Assembly (NCBI GenBank): GCA_029261755.1
Contig: JAJDAS010000078.1
Location: 1 to 39,714 of the forward strand
Length of the DNA: 39,714 nt
Direction: 5' to 3'
Origin: Nitrospinia bacterium
GTDB taxonomy: Bacteria > Nitrospinota > Nitrospinia > JACRGO01
Shown: positions 27,933 through 37,913 of the stretch, in pieces
How positions within the stretch are numbered: position 1 is the stretch's first letter
Layout of the letters: every line of letters begins with the position of its first letter
Translations under genes and position numbers: made by a program
Notes under the pieces: generated by a model
Told to the model about the DNA's origin: nothing
The model's database searches: none
The model's input: only the letters and a program-made list of their open reading frames with translations

Positions 27933-28136
27933 ATGGGTACATTTAGTTTAGGACACTGGATCGTTGTCCTTATTATTGTGATGATTGTTTTTGGAGCAAA
28001 AAGGCTTCCAGCTATCGGTTCAGGCATAGGACAAGGTATCCGTAATTTTAAGAAGTCGTTTAAAGATGATGACCAACCGGAAGCCAAAAGCGAAAACCAA
28101 GAGATAAAAGAAGAGAAAAAAGAAAATTCTGCTTAA
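27933..28136 (+). CDS. tatA: Twin-arginine translocase TatA/E
   Basis: HW..TM..FGAKRLP..GQGIRNFKK; acidic tail. Confidence 0.95.
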   Translation: MGTFSLGHWIVVLIIVMIVFGAKRLPAIGSGIGQGIRNFKKSFKDDDQPEAKSENQEIKEEKKENSA

Positions 28137-28201
28137 GTACCCAAACCGTCACCCAACAACTATCATTTTCCTTTCTCTTCTCTTTTTTAGTAGCCCAATG
28201 A

Positions 28202-29929
28202 ATGCTTGATGAAAGCCCACCTTATAAGAAAATAGCCCTATTTTTTTCCTTTTTCTCCTTCTTCATCTTTTCCTATCAACTGGAACAAATTTCCCTGTAT
28301 CATACGGATGAGCAGTATTACATCCAATCTTGCAGGAATATAGTTGAATCCGGAGATTGGCTCACCCCCGAGTTTAATGGGGAAAAGCGGTTTGCCAAAC
28401 CGATCCTTTTTTACTGGCTCGTATCCTCTTCTTATAAGATATTCGGAGCCACCCTTTCCTCTGCCAGGCTCATTTCAGCCCTCCTTGGCTCTCTCTGCCT
28501 CTGGTTGACCTTTCGCATGGGTTCAGTGCTTTTCGATCATCGGACCGGCCTTTATTCCACTTTCATCCTGGGATCTTCCTACCTCTATTTTCTATCCGCC
28601 CGCCTGGCTTACACGGATATGACGCTTTGTTTCTTTGTCACCCTTTCCCTCTTTTTCTTTTCTAAATCCATTACCAGGCATGGCAGGGAACTTGAAGTTG
28701 AAGCGGGAAGCCCAAGCGAAAAAAGAAATATTTTCCTCTTTTATCTTTTCGCAGGATTGGCTACAGCCACGAAAGGCCCACCGGGTTTTCTTATTCCAGG
28801 GCTTACAGCAGGTATTTTTTTGATTTTAACTCGGGATCGGGAAACCACCCAACGTTTCTTCCACCTGCCAGGCATCTTTCTTTTCCTTTTTCTTTCCCTC
28901 TTTTGGCCTATTGCCATGGTTTGGCTACACGGCTCATCCTTCACGAACCATCTTCTGCATGCGGAAGGGATAGACCGTGTTTTGCATTCGGAAAAGCTGG
29001 ATTTTTACTTCTTTTTTGTAATCATTCGGTATTTTGCTCCATGGTCTATTTTTCTCATTGCCGTAGTGATAATAACCTTTAGGAAAGGCAGAACATTGCT
29101 TGAGAGCCAGGAGAAACCTCGGCTTTTTCTTTGGATTTATTTCGTTGTTCCTGTGATCTTATTCGTATTATTACGCATCCAACATAGCCGCTATCCACTT
29201 CCGGTTTTTCCTGCTCTGGCAATTATTGTAGGAGATTATTTCAATCGAATAGTTTCCCGGAAGATAGACCCAGCCAGCAACAGCTTTCGATTTTCTTTTT
29301 TATGTACGGCCTTTTTGTATTTTGTCATATCCGCTACAATTTTAGCAGCCGGAGGCCTTCTTTATTATTTCAACTGGGAAGAGTTCTCATTCAGCATTTT
29401 TTTCTTGCCGGTGGTATTTATAGCGGGGCTGGCGTTAATGGTAATATCCTGGAGAAAAAAGGATTTTGCTTTTCTCCCCATCATTATTTCTTTCCCTCTC
29501 ATTGTTTCCTTCCCACTCCTTCCGGGAAAAATACTCCCTTCCCTGAACCCTGAACCATTAATGGGTTTTACGGAAAAAATCCATTCCCACTGGAAACCTG
29601 GAACGCAGTTGGCAACTTATCAACTTGGAAATGGGAACCAACGACTCCGGGTTCTCACAGGCTGGCCGGTGACATATTTGGAGAGACGGAAGGACCTCTT
29701 ATCGTTCCTCAATAACAAGAGCCCTTTTTTCCTGGTAATCCATAAGGATGCTTTCGAGGATATGAAAGAGAGTTTGGGGAAGGAACTACAGGTGATCAGC
29801 GAGGCAAAAAAATGGAAAAAGATAAAGTTGGATGAGCATACTATAGACCATATAAAAGAAGAATTTGGCCCAAAATTATTGGAAGAATTCAGAGAAAAGG
29901 TTTTATTGATTTACAAAGGCAAGGCGTAA
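28202..29929 (+). CDS. ArnT/PMT-type (GT-C fold) membrane glycosyltransferase
   Basis: TDEQYY..GDWLTP..KPILFYW, TDM, ATKGP, RYPLP; many TM helices. Confidence 0.88.
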   Translation: MLDESPPYKKIALFFSFFSFFIFSYQLEQISLYHTDEQYYIQSCRNIVESGDWLTPEFNGEKRFAKPILFYWLVSSSYKIFGATLSSARLISALLGSLCLWLTFRMGSVLFDHRTGLYSTFILGSSYLYFLSARLAYTDMTLCFFVTLSLFFFSKSITRHGRELEVEAGSPSEKRNIFLFYLFAGLATATKGPPGFLIPGLTAGIFLILTRDRETTQRFFHLPGIFLFLFLSLFWPIAMVWLHGSSFTNHLLHAEGIDRVLHSEKLDFYFFFVIIRYFAPWSIFLIAVVIITFRKGRTLLESQEKPRLFLWIYFVVPVILFVLLRIQHSRYPLPVFPALAIIVGDYFNRIVSRKIDPASNSFRFSFLCTAFLYFVISATILAAGGLLYYFNWEEFSFSIFFLPVVFIAGLALMVISWRKKDFAFLPIIISFPLIVSFPLLPGKILPSLNPEPLMGFTEKIHSHWKPGTQLATYQLGNGNQRLRVLTGWPVTYLERRKDLLSFLNNKSPFFLVIHKDAFEDMKESLGKELQVISEAKKWKKIKLDEHTIDHIKEEFGPKLLEEFREKVLLIYKGKA

Positions 29930-30049
29930 CTATTCGAGCTGTTCTTGTGCTGATCACCCAATCTTTTGTTCTTAGGCCCCCTCATTTTTCCATTTGTGGT
30001 GATACTGCTTCTTGTGAAATATGTGGTAATTTTTTTATAGCGCCTAAAG

Positions 30050-32317
30050 ATGACTATGAACATTTTCTTCCTCCTTTCGGTCCTGATTTTTTGTTTGGTC
30101 CCTGGACCCGAAAGCCTCATTTTCTCAGGAATCCCCTTAAACAAGGAAATTCCTTTCTATGCCTTCCTCCTCCTTCTCGCATTTTCCTTTTGCGCGCTTA
30201 TAAAAGGCAAAATAAGCGTCAGGCTTTCCCCAAGGGGGCTTATTCCCTTAGCTTTGCTATGGTGCTTTATCCTGTTGAAATTGCTGGCATTCTCCTGGTT
30301 GCCCCCCACGGGCTTCAAAGCCTGCTATCGGGCTTTATTAAATGAACTTCCCGTGGGCCAGTGCGAGCAGAGTCCCGATTTTCTTTGGGCCAATGGCCAG
30401 TACACTCGGTATGACGAGGAAATCGATTTTACGGATTTCTTTTCCGCAGGCTTTTGGAATAATAGCCGTTTTAGTTACTACCAATGGGAAAAAGGACATC
30501 CGGTTTTCGGGAGGTATCCGTTTCAGGTGGAATGGGAAGGAAATTTAGTCATCCCCAAGGACGCAGCCTACATCGCCTTTGAATATACGGGTGAGTTGAA
30601 GGTGGTATTCCCTGAATCGGATATAAAATTCCCGGCCTCCTATAATGCAAAAATGAGCGGCAAACTGGAGCTGAAAAAACACTTTCCAGCCTTGGTGGAT
30701 GGAAGTAATCCCAATGACAAAAGCCTTTTACCCGTGTCTATGCACTACCGGTTCCAGGACCATTCCAAAACCGGGGCTCCTATAAAAGGTCTGGACGCCA
30801 TGGTTCGGGTAACCTTGGAAGATCAGGCGGGTAAAACTTTTCCCATCAACTCCGAACCCTTGAACTCTCCCTGGGCAGCCAATTTATTACCCATTATTGA
30901 TCTTTTCGCTTTTGTGGTTTTCGGAACGATACTGTTGTCTGTTGCTTTGCTTATAGCAGAAGAGAGCATCTTCCTGTTGTTTCTCTCCCCCTGTCTTGCT
31001 TGGTTTTACTGGTTTTATTCTGCATCGAGCCCTCTTTATCAATATCTGGTGCTCTTTCCCCTATCGATCTTATCAGGCATTGCCGTGGCTCAAATCAGAT
31101 TCAAAAAATCGGATTTTACGGCCTTTCTGATATTCGCTTCTTTTCTCTTTATTCTGTTTTCTCACTACGGATTAAAGGTCAGCACGGTCCATTTCTTTGT
31201 GCCCGGGCACGATAGCATGACCTACGAAACCTTTTTCCGCAATATGTTAAGCTCCGGCAATCTATTTGATTTTTTCCGGGGTACGGAGGACATCTTTCTC
31301 TATCAACCTGCTTATCGATACTACCTGGCCTTCATGCACCTTATTTTCGGAGACGGCAATTTAGGAATCACCATATTCAATAAATTTCTTTACCTGTTGA
31401 CCTTGCCATTGGTGATATCCATGTTTCTTCGCAAGCTTTCCTTTTTCCCTTCCGTGATCCTGGGGGTAGGGTTTTTGGTGCCCCTGGTTTCTTTTGTATT
31501 TGTAAACCTGGAAAGTAACCTGAGCGAGTATTCGGCTCTGCTCTTTTTCACCCTAGCTATTTACCTCTTTTTCCTGGGCAAAAAAGGGTCCCATTTTATT
31601 TTGGGCTGCGCTTTCCTGGCCCTGGGCAACACTGTTCGGACTCATTGGCTGCCCGGATGCGTCTATTTTCTCTTTGCCAATGTCCTGATTTTTTATTATA
31701 GGGGAGGATATTTAACGGGCGTGAAATATTCGGCCAGGACCCTGGCCATAGGGGTGGGTGTCTTTTGCTGCGTTTATGCTCTGGTACCTATCCACAATTT
31801 TGTTTACGGGGGGGAGATCTTTTTAACCACCTCCCGCATCAACCATGTTTCCACTTTGGTGGTCCCACCTGCTCAAATGCTGGAGATGCTTTATAACGGG
31901 CAACTGCCGGGTTATATCCTGGAACGGCTGGAGTATATGTTTTACATAGGAAAAAGTAATTACCATATCGGACTGACCTTTCATACACCCTATCAGGATC
32001 GGTATATGGTGTTCACTCAGAAACTTGTCCACCGCTACTATCTTGCTCTGTTCATGAATGTCTTTTCTTTTTGCTATATCGCAATCCTTCTCTTTAATCT
32101 AACCCAATTCATTAGGACAAAAAGCAGGGAATATTTTTATAATTTCCTTATCCTGCTGACTCCCTTTGCCTTTTTGAGCGTCCACTTTTTTTATCAGATT
32201 AAAAACTACTACCCCAGGCACATCATAGCCGGACAACTTATGGCTTATTTCTTTTCCGTAATTTACGGGCGCGAGGTGCTGAGCCATTTTAAAAACCGAA
32301 TTATGCCTGCTAAATAA
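30050..32317 (+). CDS. Polytopic membrane protein, probable GT-C glycosyltransferase with a periplasmic PA14-like insert
   Basis: IDF..PFQVEWEGNL (PA14-like); GHDSMTYE..YQPAYRY..LSE loop motifs; more than 12 TM segments. Confidence 0.55.
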   Translation: MTMNIFFLLSVLIFCLVPGPESLIFSGIPLNKEIPFYAFLLLLAFSFCALIKGKISVRLSPRGLIPLALLWCFILLKLLAFSWLPPTGFKACYRALLNELPVGQCEQSPDFLWANGQYTRYDEEIDFTDFFSAGFWNNSRFSYYQWEKGHPVFGRYPFQVEWEGNLVIPKDAAYIAFEYTGELKVVFPESDIKFPASYNAKMSGKLELKKHFPALVDGSNPNDKSLLPVSMHYRFQDHSKTGAPIKGLDAMVRVTLEDQAGKTFPINSEPLNSPWAANLLPIIDLFAFVVFGTILLSVALLIAEESIFLLFLSPCLAWFYWFYSASSPLYQYLVLFPLSILSGIAVAQIRFKKSDFTAFLIFASFLFILFSHYGLKVSTVHFFVPGHDSMTYETFFRNMLSSGNLFDFFRGTEDIFLYQPAYRYYLAFMHLIFGDGNLGITIFNKFLYLLTLPLVISMFLRKLSFFPSVILGVGFLVPLVSFVFVNLESNLSEYSALLFFTLAIYLFFLGKKGSHFILGCAFLALGNTVRTHWLPGCVYFLFANVLIFYYRGGYLTGVKYSARTLAIGVGVFCCVYALVPIHNFVYGGEIFLTTSRINHVSTLVVPPAQMLEMLYNGQLPGYILERLEYMFYIGKSNYHIGLTFHTPYQDRYMVFTQKLVHRYYLALFMNVFSFCYIAILLFNLTQFIRTKSREYFYNFLILLTPFAFLSVHFFYQIKNYYPRHIIAGQLMAYFFSVIYGREVLSHFKNRIMPAK

Positions 32318-32324
32318 GGGACCA

Positions 32325-32414
32325 ACCGTAGGCCCTGTGGAGGGGACCCGTGTCGTTGGAAATAAAAAGGTCGCAACGGGAGATAATGGCCGCCGCTTCA
32401 AAAGTGTTCACCAG
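32325..32414 (-). pseudogene. Internal fragment of a GT9 (heptosyltransferase-like) gene
   Basis: Reads LVNTFEAAAIISRCDLFISNDTGPLHRAYG, containing the GT9 signature xxNDTGPxH. Confidence 0.85.
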
Positions 32415-32416
32415 CC

Positions 32417-34378
32417 TTAATTTTCCATTGAACGGTATTCCTTAACCACTTTCCCACAACCGGGCATGGCGGAACCCATGTAAGAGTTCATGGTTACCTT
32501 CCCCTCCTGGATCCAACTGGCTCCTTTCCAACCAAAAGCCACGGGGCAACTAAGAAGATATAGACGAGAATTTCCCGAGAAGCCGAAGCTGTCCAGGATT
32601 TCGGAAATATTCTCGGAGACCTGGACAAAGGCAGTGCGCAATGCTTGAAGCTTTTTTGATTCGGACTGATTATTGATACCCTCCTTTAGTCCCCCGGAAA
32701 TTTTCATCCAGTCATCATGAAGGGAATCCTCCAGAAGTTTCATATCCACAGCGCCCAAAACACCCTTCATCTTTTTAGAGGCTTCCACGGCACCATCCAC
32801 ATCGTCCTTTGCCAAAAGCTCCTGTACTTTCAGGTAGGATTGAACCAGGTTGAATATCTGTTTTTTGAAAAGCTCGGGAACCTTGGCAGAGGAATCCTCT
32901 TTCGCACCGCTCATTCCTCCATGATGGGAATGCCCTGCCATTGGGACCCCACCCTCCGGGCTCATCATGCTGGGTTTTGCCAGGATCTGAAGGGCGCTGT
33001 CGATCTTGAAGTTCCCGTTGGTTACCACCCTTTCACCCTCTGAGAGGCCGGAATCTATAAGATAGTAATCGCCGGCCCTGGCTCCAAGGACAACCTCGCG
33101 TCCTTCGAAGGTGGGCTGCTCTCTACCCGGAACCTGCACATAGACCACGGCCCGCGTTCCCGTCTTTAAAACAGCGGATACCGGAACAACCAGCGGGGCC
33201 TGCTCCCCGGCATTCTCTTTTACATAGCCGAGGGACTCCGTCTTTCTGAGGGTCATCCCGCAGATGTCGCATTTTCCCGGATCGGAGGATAGAAAATCCG
33301 GGTGCATGGGACATATCCATTTCCCCGATAATTCGGTGTCCATAACACGGCCCCCTTCAGCCACATTTGCGTGGACCTCTGCCCGGACGAACATCCCCGG
33401 TTTTAGCTTTCCTTCAGGATTATCCACATTTACCCGGACCTTTACCGTGCGGGTCTTTTGGTTTAAAACCGGGTCGATGAAGGAAATTCGCCCCCTGAAA
33501 ATATCGCCGGGGTATGCCTCGGATGTGAACTCCACTTTCTGGCCGTAACGAATCCACATCAAGTCGGATTCGTACGCATCGAGCTTTATCCAGAGTCGGC
33601 TGAGGTCGGCAATGGTGTATATCTTCGTGCCCGTTTCCACGTACATTCCTTCGAAGGCAGCTTTATGCACCACAATGCCACTCATGGGAGCATAAATGGT
33701 CAGGTGATCGGAGGGTTTGCTCCGTTTTTCGATATCTTTTATCTGTTCGGGTGTAAGGCCCCACAAACGGAGTTTCTCTCGTGCCGACCGGAGGGTATTG
33801 TAGGCCATATTCGCTACATATTTATTTTTCCCGCCCCCCGACCTTCGAGCGGACTTCACCGCCTGAAGCAATTCCTCTTGAGCCGCGAGAAGCTCGGGGC
33901 TATACAGATAGACCATATGATCCCCTTTTTGCACGGGAACGCCGGTGTAATCCACATACAGCTTATCCAGGCGTCCGGGAATCCAGGCCGTGATGTAGCC
34001 CACGCGGGTTTCATCGTAATCCACCTTCCCCACCATGCGTATCTTTGCGTCTACATACTTTCGGACAACCGGTTCGGTTACGATTTCCGCTAGTTTCTTT
34101 GCGGATTCCGACATGCTGTATTCACGCGGGCCAGCTCCTTGGCCGGAAGTATCAGAGACAGGTATCAGGTCCATGCCGCATATGGGGCATTTTCCCGGTT
34201 TAGGCATTTTGATATGGGGGTGCATGGAGCAGGTCCATGTTTGTGCTTTGGATTCGGGTTTTATTGCTTGGGGAATGGTTTTTTCTAAAGGATCGGTGGA
34301 GGATATTTCAGCAACTGTGTTGCCCTGGAATATTACACAGAAAAAAAGAAGCGTAAATAAAACGATTCGCGAATTCAT
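32417..34378 (-). CDS. CusB-family heavy-metal efflux periplasmic adaptor with two metal-binding domains and a DUF3347-like C-terminus
   Basis: WTCSMHP..GKCPICGMDL, YSPELLAAQEE, TRTVKVR, LKPGMF, internal WICPMHP..CDICGM, HSHHG linker, CPVAF..GASWIQ..MPGCG. Confidence 0.92.
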   Translation of the reverse strand: MNSRIVLFTLLFFCVIFQGNTVAEISSTDPLEKTIPQAIKPESKAQTWTCSMHPHIKMPKPGKCPICGMDLIPVSDTSGQGAGPREYSMSESAKKLAEIVTEPVVRKYVDAKIRMVGKVDYDETRVGYITAWIPGRLDKLYVDYTGVPVQKGDHMVYLYSPELLAAQEELLQAVKSARRSGGGKNKYVANMAYNTLRSAREKLRLWGLTPEQIKDIEKRSKPSDHLTIYAPMSGIVVHKAAFEGMYVETGTKIYTIADLSRLWIKLDAYESDLMWIRYGQKVEFTSEAYPGDIFRGRISFIDPVLNQKTRTVKVRVNVDNPEGKLKPGMFVRAEVHANVAEGGRVMDTELSGKWICPMHPDFLSSDPGKCDICGMTLRKTESLGYVKENAGEQAPLVVPVSAVLKTGTRAVVYVQVPGREQPTFEGREVVLGARAGDYYLIDSGLSEGERVVTNGNFKIDSALQILAKPSMMSPEGGVPMAGHSHHGGMSGAKEDSSAKVPELFKKQIFNLVQSYLKVQELLAKDDVDGAVEASKKMKGVLGAVDMKLLEDSLHDDWMKISGGLKEGINNQSESKKLQALRTAFVQVSENISEILDSFGFSGNSRLYLLSCPVAFGWKGASWIQEGKVTMNSYMGSAMPGCGKVVKEYRSMEN

Positions 34379-34418
34379 GGAAGATTCAACCTCCTTTAAA
34401 AAGATAAAAACCTTTTTT

Positions 34419-34489
34419 AACCACGAATTTCACAAATTACACGAATTATTTTGATTTTTTTATTCGTGAAATTAGTGTAATTCGTGGTT
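34419..34489. repeat. REP-like palindrome built from 9-nt units
   Basis: AACCACGAATTTCACAAATTACACGAAT (34419-34446) and ATTCGTGAAATTAGTGTAATTCGTGGTT (34462-34489) are complementary at 25 of 28 positions. Confidence 0.85.
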
Positions 34490-34594
34490 CCTGTCTTTGA
34501 TTTTAATTTTTTAGATTGTAAGAGACGGATTCTCAGAGTTAATGTGTAATGACCTAAATTGCTACAATAATAAATCGTTGGGCATTCTGTATTT

Positions 34595-36151
34595 TTATTT
34601 ACCTAACCTCGCTCCAATAGTCTTCTCCAAATTTGCCAAGGCTTGGTTCTGGTCTCTCGCATGTTGTTTGTAAAGAAGGTTGTAATCCAGCCAGGTTTTT
34701 TGTGCGTCCAGCACATCCAGAAAATCGGCCTTACCAGCTTGATAGTCCGTTTGGGCTACATAAAGATTGCTTTGGGCAAGCTGCAAAAGAGTTTCCTTGT
34801 ACAGGAGAACATCCCGTTTCGCGGTTTCCAACTGGAACAAGAGCTCCTTCACCTGAAAGCCGAGTTTGTCCTTTCCGGATTCCAGGTCACTTATCAGGGA
34901 CTGGTAGTTCTGTCTTGCCTCCCGGATGTAAGCATCATTTTTCCCAAACCAGAAAGGGGTTTTGTTGACAGGTTTCATGGCAAATGCTTCGCCATCTTTC
35001 CCAACCCCCACCAGATTTCCTTTCCCGTTTTCAAAATAACTATTTCCCAGGGTGAAATCGGGATAAAACTTTTTTTCCGCTAATTTGATGGCAAGATTGG
35101 TTTTCTCAATTTTAAGTTGGATGATTTTCAGCTCTTGTTGGCGTTTTACGCCTAAATCAATGAGTTCTTTTAGGGAAAGCTCTGTACTCCTCAACACAGT
35201 CTCCTTAGGAGGGCCAAGGGGAAAGGCGGTGGGAAGGTTTAGAAATTCATTCAGCTTGGCAACCACGGTATCCCTCTTTTCCAGCCAAGTGATGAGGTCA
35301 TCCGCCAACTTGGCTATTCGGGTTTGGACTTTGATCACATCGCTGTAACCCACTTGTCCGGCCTTATATTTGATATAGGCCACACCCTCCAACTGTTTGA
35401 GCAGCTCCAGGTTGTCCTTGGTAATACGGATGGCATAGTTGTTGTAAATCAACTCATCATAGGTAGTTCGGATGTCGGTGATGCAATCCCTCAAGACAAT
35501 GAGATATTTTTCCCTGGCAATCTCTACCTCTTTGGTAACGATGTCCCCCTTCAACGCCAGAGTGCCGGGAAAGGGAAATTTTTGAAATACGGCTTCTTTA
35601 TGAGCCATGGAACTTGTTTGAGTGTTTAGGTCTTTGATAAACGACTGATATTGCCTGAGAATATTATCGAGCCTGGTAGCCTGGGTGTATTTTTCCAGGG
35701 ACGCCTCCCATTTCTTTTTGGCGCTTGCCAGACCGGGATTTCTCCCAAAAGCTGCAGAGATGAGGGTGTTGGGATCAATTTCTTGTTTGAGAATTTCTTT
35801 AATTTCTTCATTTTTAGCGGTTTTTCGTATTTTTTGGCTGACCGGAGATTCAAAGTCGAAAAATTCTTGAGAGCTGGAAATCCTTGCAATGGCGGCCTCC
35901 CAATTTTGTTTTTGTTCTTCCAATTCTTTTTCTATTATTTTCAATTCCGATTCAGCGACGTCCCCCTCCGTTTCCCCTTTTTTCACGGGTTGAACCGGAG
36001 CTTCCGCAACGCTCTGTTCATAAAATACAGGGGCTTTATAGGACTCGATTTCTTCCCTCATTTCCCGGTAATCTTTATCCCCGGCGAATGTATTGGAAGG
36101 AAAAAAGATGAACAACCCTATTAGAGTTAGTATTGTTTTTAAAATGTTCAT
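34595..36151 (-). CDS. TolC-family outer-membrane efflux protein
   Basis: Signal peptide; NPGLA, QKFPFPG, YPDFTLG, YQAGKADFLDVLDAQ, LEKTIG. Confidence 0.9.
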   Translation of the reverse strand: MNILKTILTLIGLFIFFPSNTFAGDKDYREMREEIESYKAPVFYEQSVAEAPVQPVKKGETEGDVAESELKIIEKELEEQKQNWEAAIARISSSQEFFDFESPVSQKIRKTAKNEEIKEILKQEIDPNTLISAAFGRNPGLASAKKKWEASLEKYTQATRLDNILRQYQSFIKDLNTQTSSMAHKEAVFQKFPFPGTLALKGDIVTKEVEIAREKYLIVLRDCITDIRTTYDELIYNNYAIRITKDNLELLKQLEGVAYIKYKAGQVGYSDVIKVQTRIAKLADDLITWLEKRDTVVAKLNEFLNLPTAFPLGPPKETVLRSTELSLKELIDLGVKRQQELKIIQLKIEKTNLAIKLAEKKFYPDFTLGNSYFENGKGNLVGVGKDGEAFAMKPVNKTPFWFGKNDAYIREARQNYQSLISDLESGKDKLGFQVKELLFQLETAKRDVLLYKETLLQLAQSNLYVAQTDYQAGKADFLDVLDAQKTWLDYNLLYKQHARDQNQALANLEKTIGARLGK

Positions 36152-37495
36152 TTATTTGGCCTCCAAACTCACCCCAACCAGCTTTTCCAGCAGAGCCAGA
36201 CGCTGATGGTAATCGGCTAACGCCCGGTAGTAGGCCAGGTTAAAATTGAGCCACACCGCCTGGGTCTCCAGCAGCCCTGAAAAACTTCCCTTTTTTTCCT
36301 TGTACCAGGTTTCCGCCGTTTCCATGGATTGCTGTGCTTGAGGGATCAGGGACTCTTGATAAAGCCGTACCAAACGTTGAGAGTTCTGAAGTTTAAAATA
36401 AATTCTTTTTATGACGGAATAGGTTTGGTTCTCCAAATCCTCTTTTAGAAGAACCGCCTCCTCATGTCTTAATTTAGCTTCAGCCACCCGTGCTCTATTT
36501 TTTCCAAACCAAAGAGGAATGGTGACACCCACATTAACGCCATATGCGTCTTTCCCGCTGTCCTTGGGGCGGGTGCCGTTTGCACCGGGCACCGCCTCTC
36601 CCATCTCAAGAAAGTTAAACCCAATGCTAAAATCAGGAAGATACTCCTTTTTTGCCAGGTCCAGTTTCTTTAGGCGTTTATGGATTTCCACATCGGAAAT
36701 GGCAAGCTCCTGTTGGTTTGCCGTGGCTAATTCATAAAGTTCTTCAATGGTGTGCGCCAGAGTGGGGAAGGGCAATTTTTTGGGAGTCCCAAGAGGTTCC
36801 TCCGGTCGTCTGTTTAAGATGGCGTTGATCCGTGTCTTTTCCACCTCTAGGAATTCCGTGAGAAGAATCAGATCATAGGATATCTGTGCCAATTGAGATT
36901 GAGCCTTAAATACATCATTGAGGGTAGTTCCGTCCACCGAGTAGTCCGTGGTCCCGATTTTTGCCAGATGCTCCACCAGCTTTTTGTTTTCCTTGGTAAT
37001 ATCAATGGCCTGGATGATGTAGGCCAGCTCGTAATAGGCGTCTTTTAGCTCAACGATGAGGTCCCGCGTTTCCTTTTCAAAGTTCAGCCGGGCTTTTTGG
37101 GCCTCGCGGGAGACGATGTCTCCTTTTAAGGAGAGCTTTCCCGGGAAAGGAATCTTCTGGGAAAAGGCGATGCTCTGTTTTTGGGGTCCGATCCGTGTTT
37201 CCACAGGCTGGATGAAGCGGGTATATTGAAGGACGGGGTCTTCGTAAGCCGTTACCTGGGGATGTTTTTCAACCACTGCCTCCCACCTCAATTTGGCGGC
37301 TTTTAGCTTGGGGTTATTAAGAAAAGCTAAAGAAATCAGGGTTTTCAGGTCTACATGAGGAGTCAGCTTGTGATTGGTTTTTTTACTTTGCGGAGTCTTG
37401 ACCGGAGAATTGGCCCATGCAGTTTCATTGGGAACAATCAAGGCCATCAATAAGTAAAAAAGGGTTGGAATTTTTTTTATCAAGATTTTATTCAA
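36152..37495 (-). CDS. TolC-family outer-membrane efflux protein
   Basis: NNPKLKA, SQKIPFPGK, YLPDFSIG, IPLWF, LEKLVG; TTG start. Confidence 0.92.
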   Translation of the reverse strand: MNKILIKKIPTLFYLLMALIVPNETAWANSPVKTPQSKKTNHKLTPHVDLKTLISLAFLNNPKLKAAKLRWEAVVEKHPQVTAYEDPVLQYTRFIQPVETRIGPQKQSIAFSQKIPFPGKLSLKGDIVSREAQKARLNFEKETRDLIVELKDAYYELAYIIQAIDITKENKKLVEHLAKIGTTDYSVDGTTLNDVFKAQSQLAQISYDLILLTEFLEVEKTRINAILNRRPEEPLGTPKKLPFPTLAHTIEELYELATANQQELAISDVEIHKRLKKLDLAKKEYLPDFSIGFNFLEMGEAVPGANGTRPKDSGKDAYGVNVGVTIPLWFGKNRARVAEAKLRHEEAVLLKEDLENQTYSVIKRIYFKLQNSQRLVRLYQESLIPQAQQSMETAETWYKEKKGSFSGLLETQAVWLNFNLAYYRALADYHQRLALLEKLVGVSLEAK

Positions 37496-37524
37496 AGTAA
37501 AGCCAAAGATATTTTAAATTTTTT

Positions 37525-37788
37525 AACCACTAAGTCTCAAAGACAAAAAAACAAAAGCTTTTTAACCACTAATTTTTTAAAAGATTTTATTAGCGTTAAT
37601 AATACAGGATATGGCTTTATTTTAAAATAATTCCGTCCTTGCTCCATATTTGCAAACCATTCTCATCTTAGGAATTCAGGAAATGCAGGGAGGGGCTTAT
37701 AGTTTTTTGCTTTTCCGGTTTTTCCTGGTTTCCTGCATTCCTAAGCTATTTTTTTGCCTTTTTCTATGTTCTTCGCGTCTGTGGTAAA
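37525..37788. repeat. Nested palindromic intergenic element
   Basis: Inner inverted repeat CTTAGGAATTCAGGAAATGCAGG (from 37667) / TTCCTGGTTTCCTGCATTCCTAAG (37722-37745); outer ends AACCAC (37525, 37564) and GTGGTAAA (37781-37788). Confidence 0.7.
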
Positions 37789-37798
37789 ATTTGTTTTA

Positions 37799-37905
37799 GA
37801 TTTTAAGGAAAGCATAGCATCAGGATCAATGCTCAATACAGGCTCTGTTTCCGATTTTTTAATGGAAATTCAGAGGAAGTAATAATAATCGATTATCAGA
37901 AGTGA
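37799..37905 (+). pseudogene. higB: C-terminal remnant of a HigB (RelE-like) toxin
   Basis: GKHSIRINAQYRLCFRFFNGNSEEVIIIDYQK* (37807-37905) matches the HigB consensus SIRINxQWRICFxWxxGxAxxVEIxDYH. The 5' part is absent; it ends 8 nt before higA. Confidence 0.88.
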
Positions 37906-37913
37906 GGTGAAAA

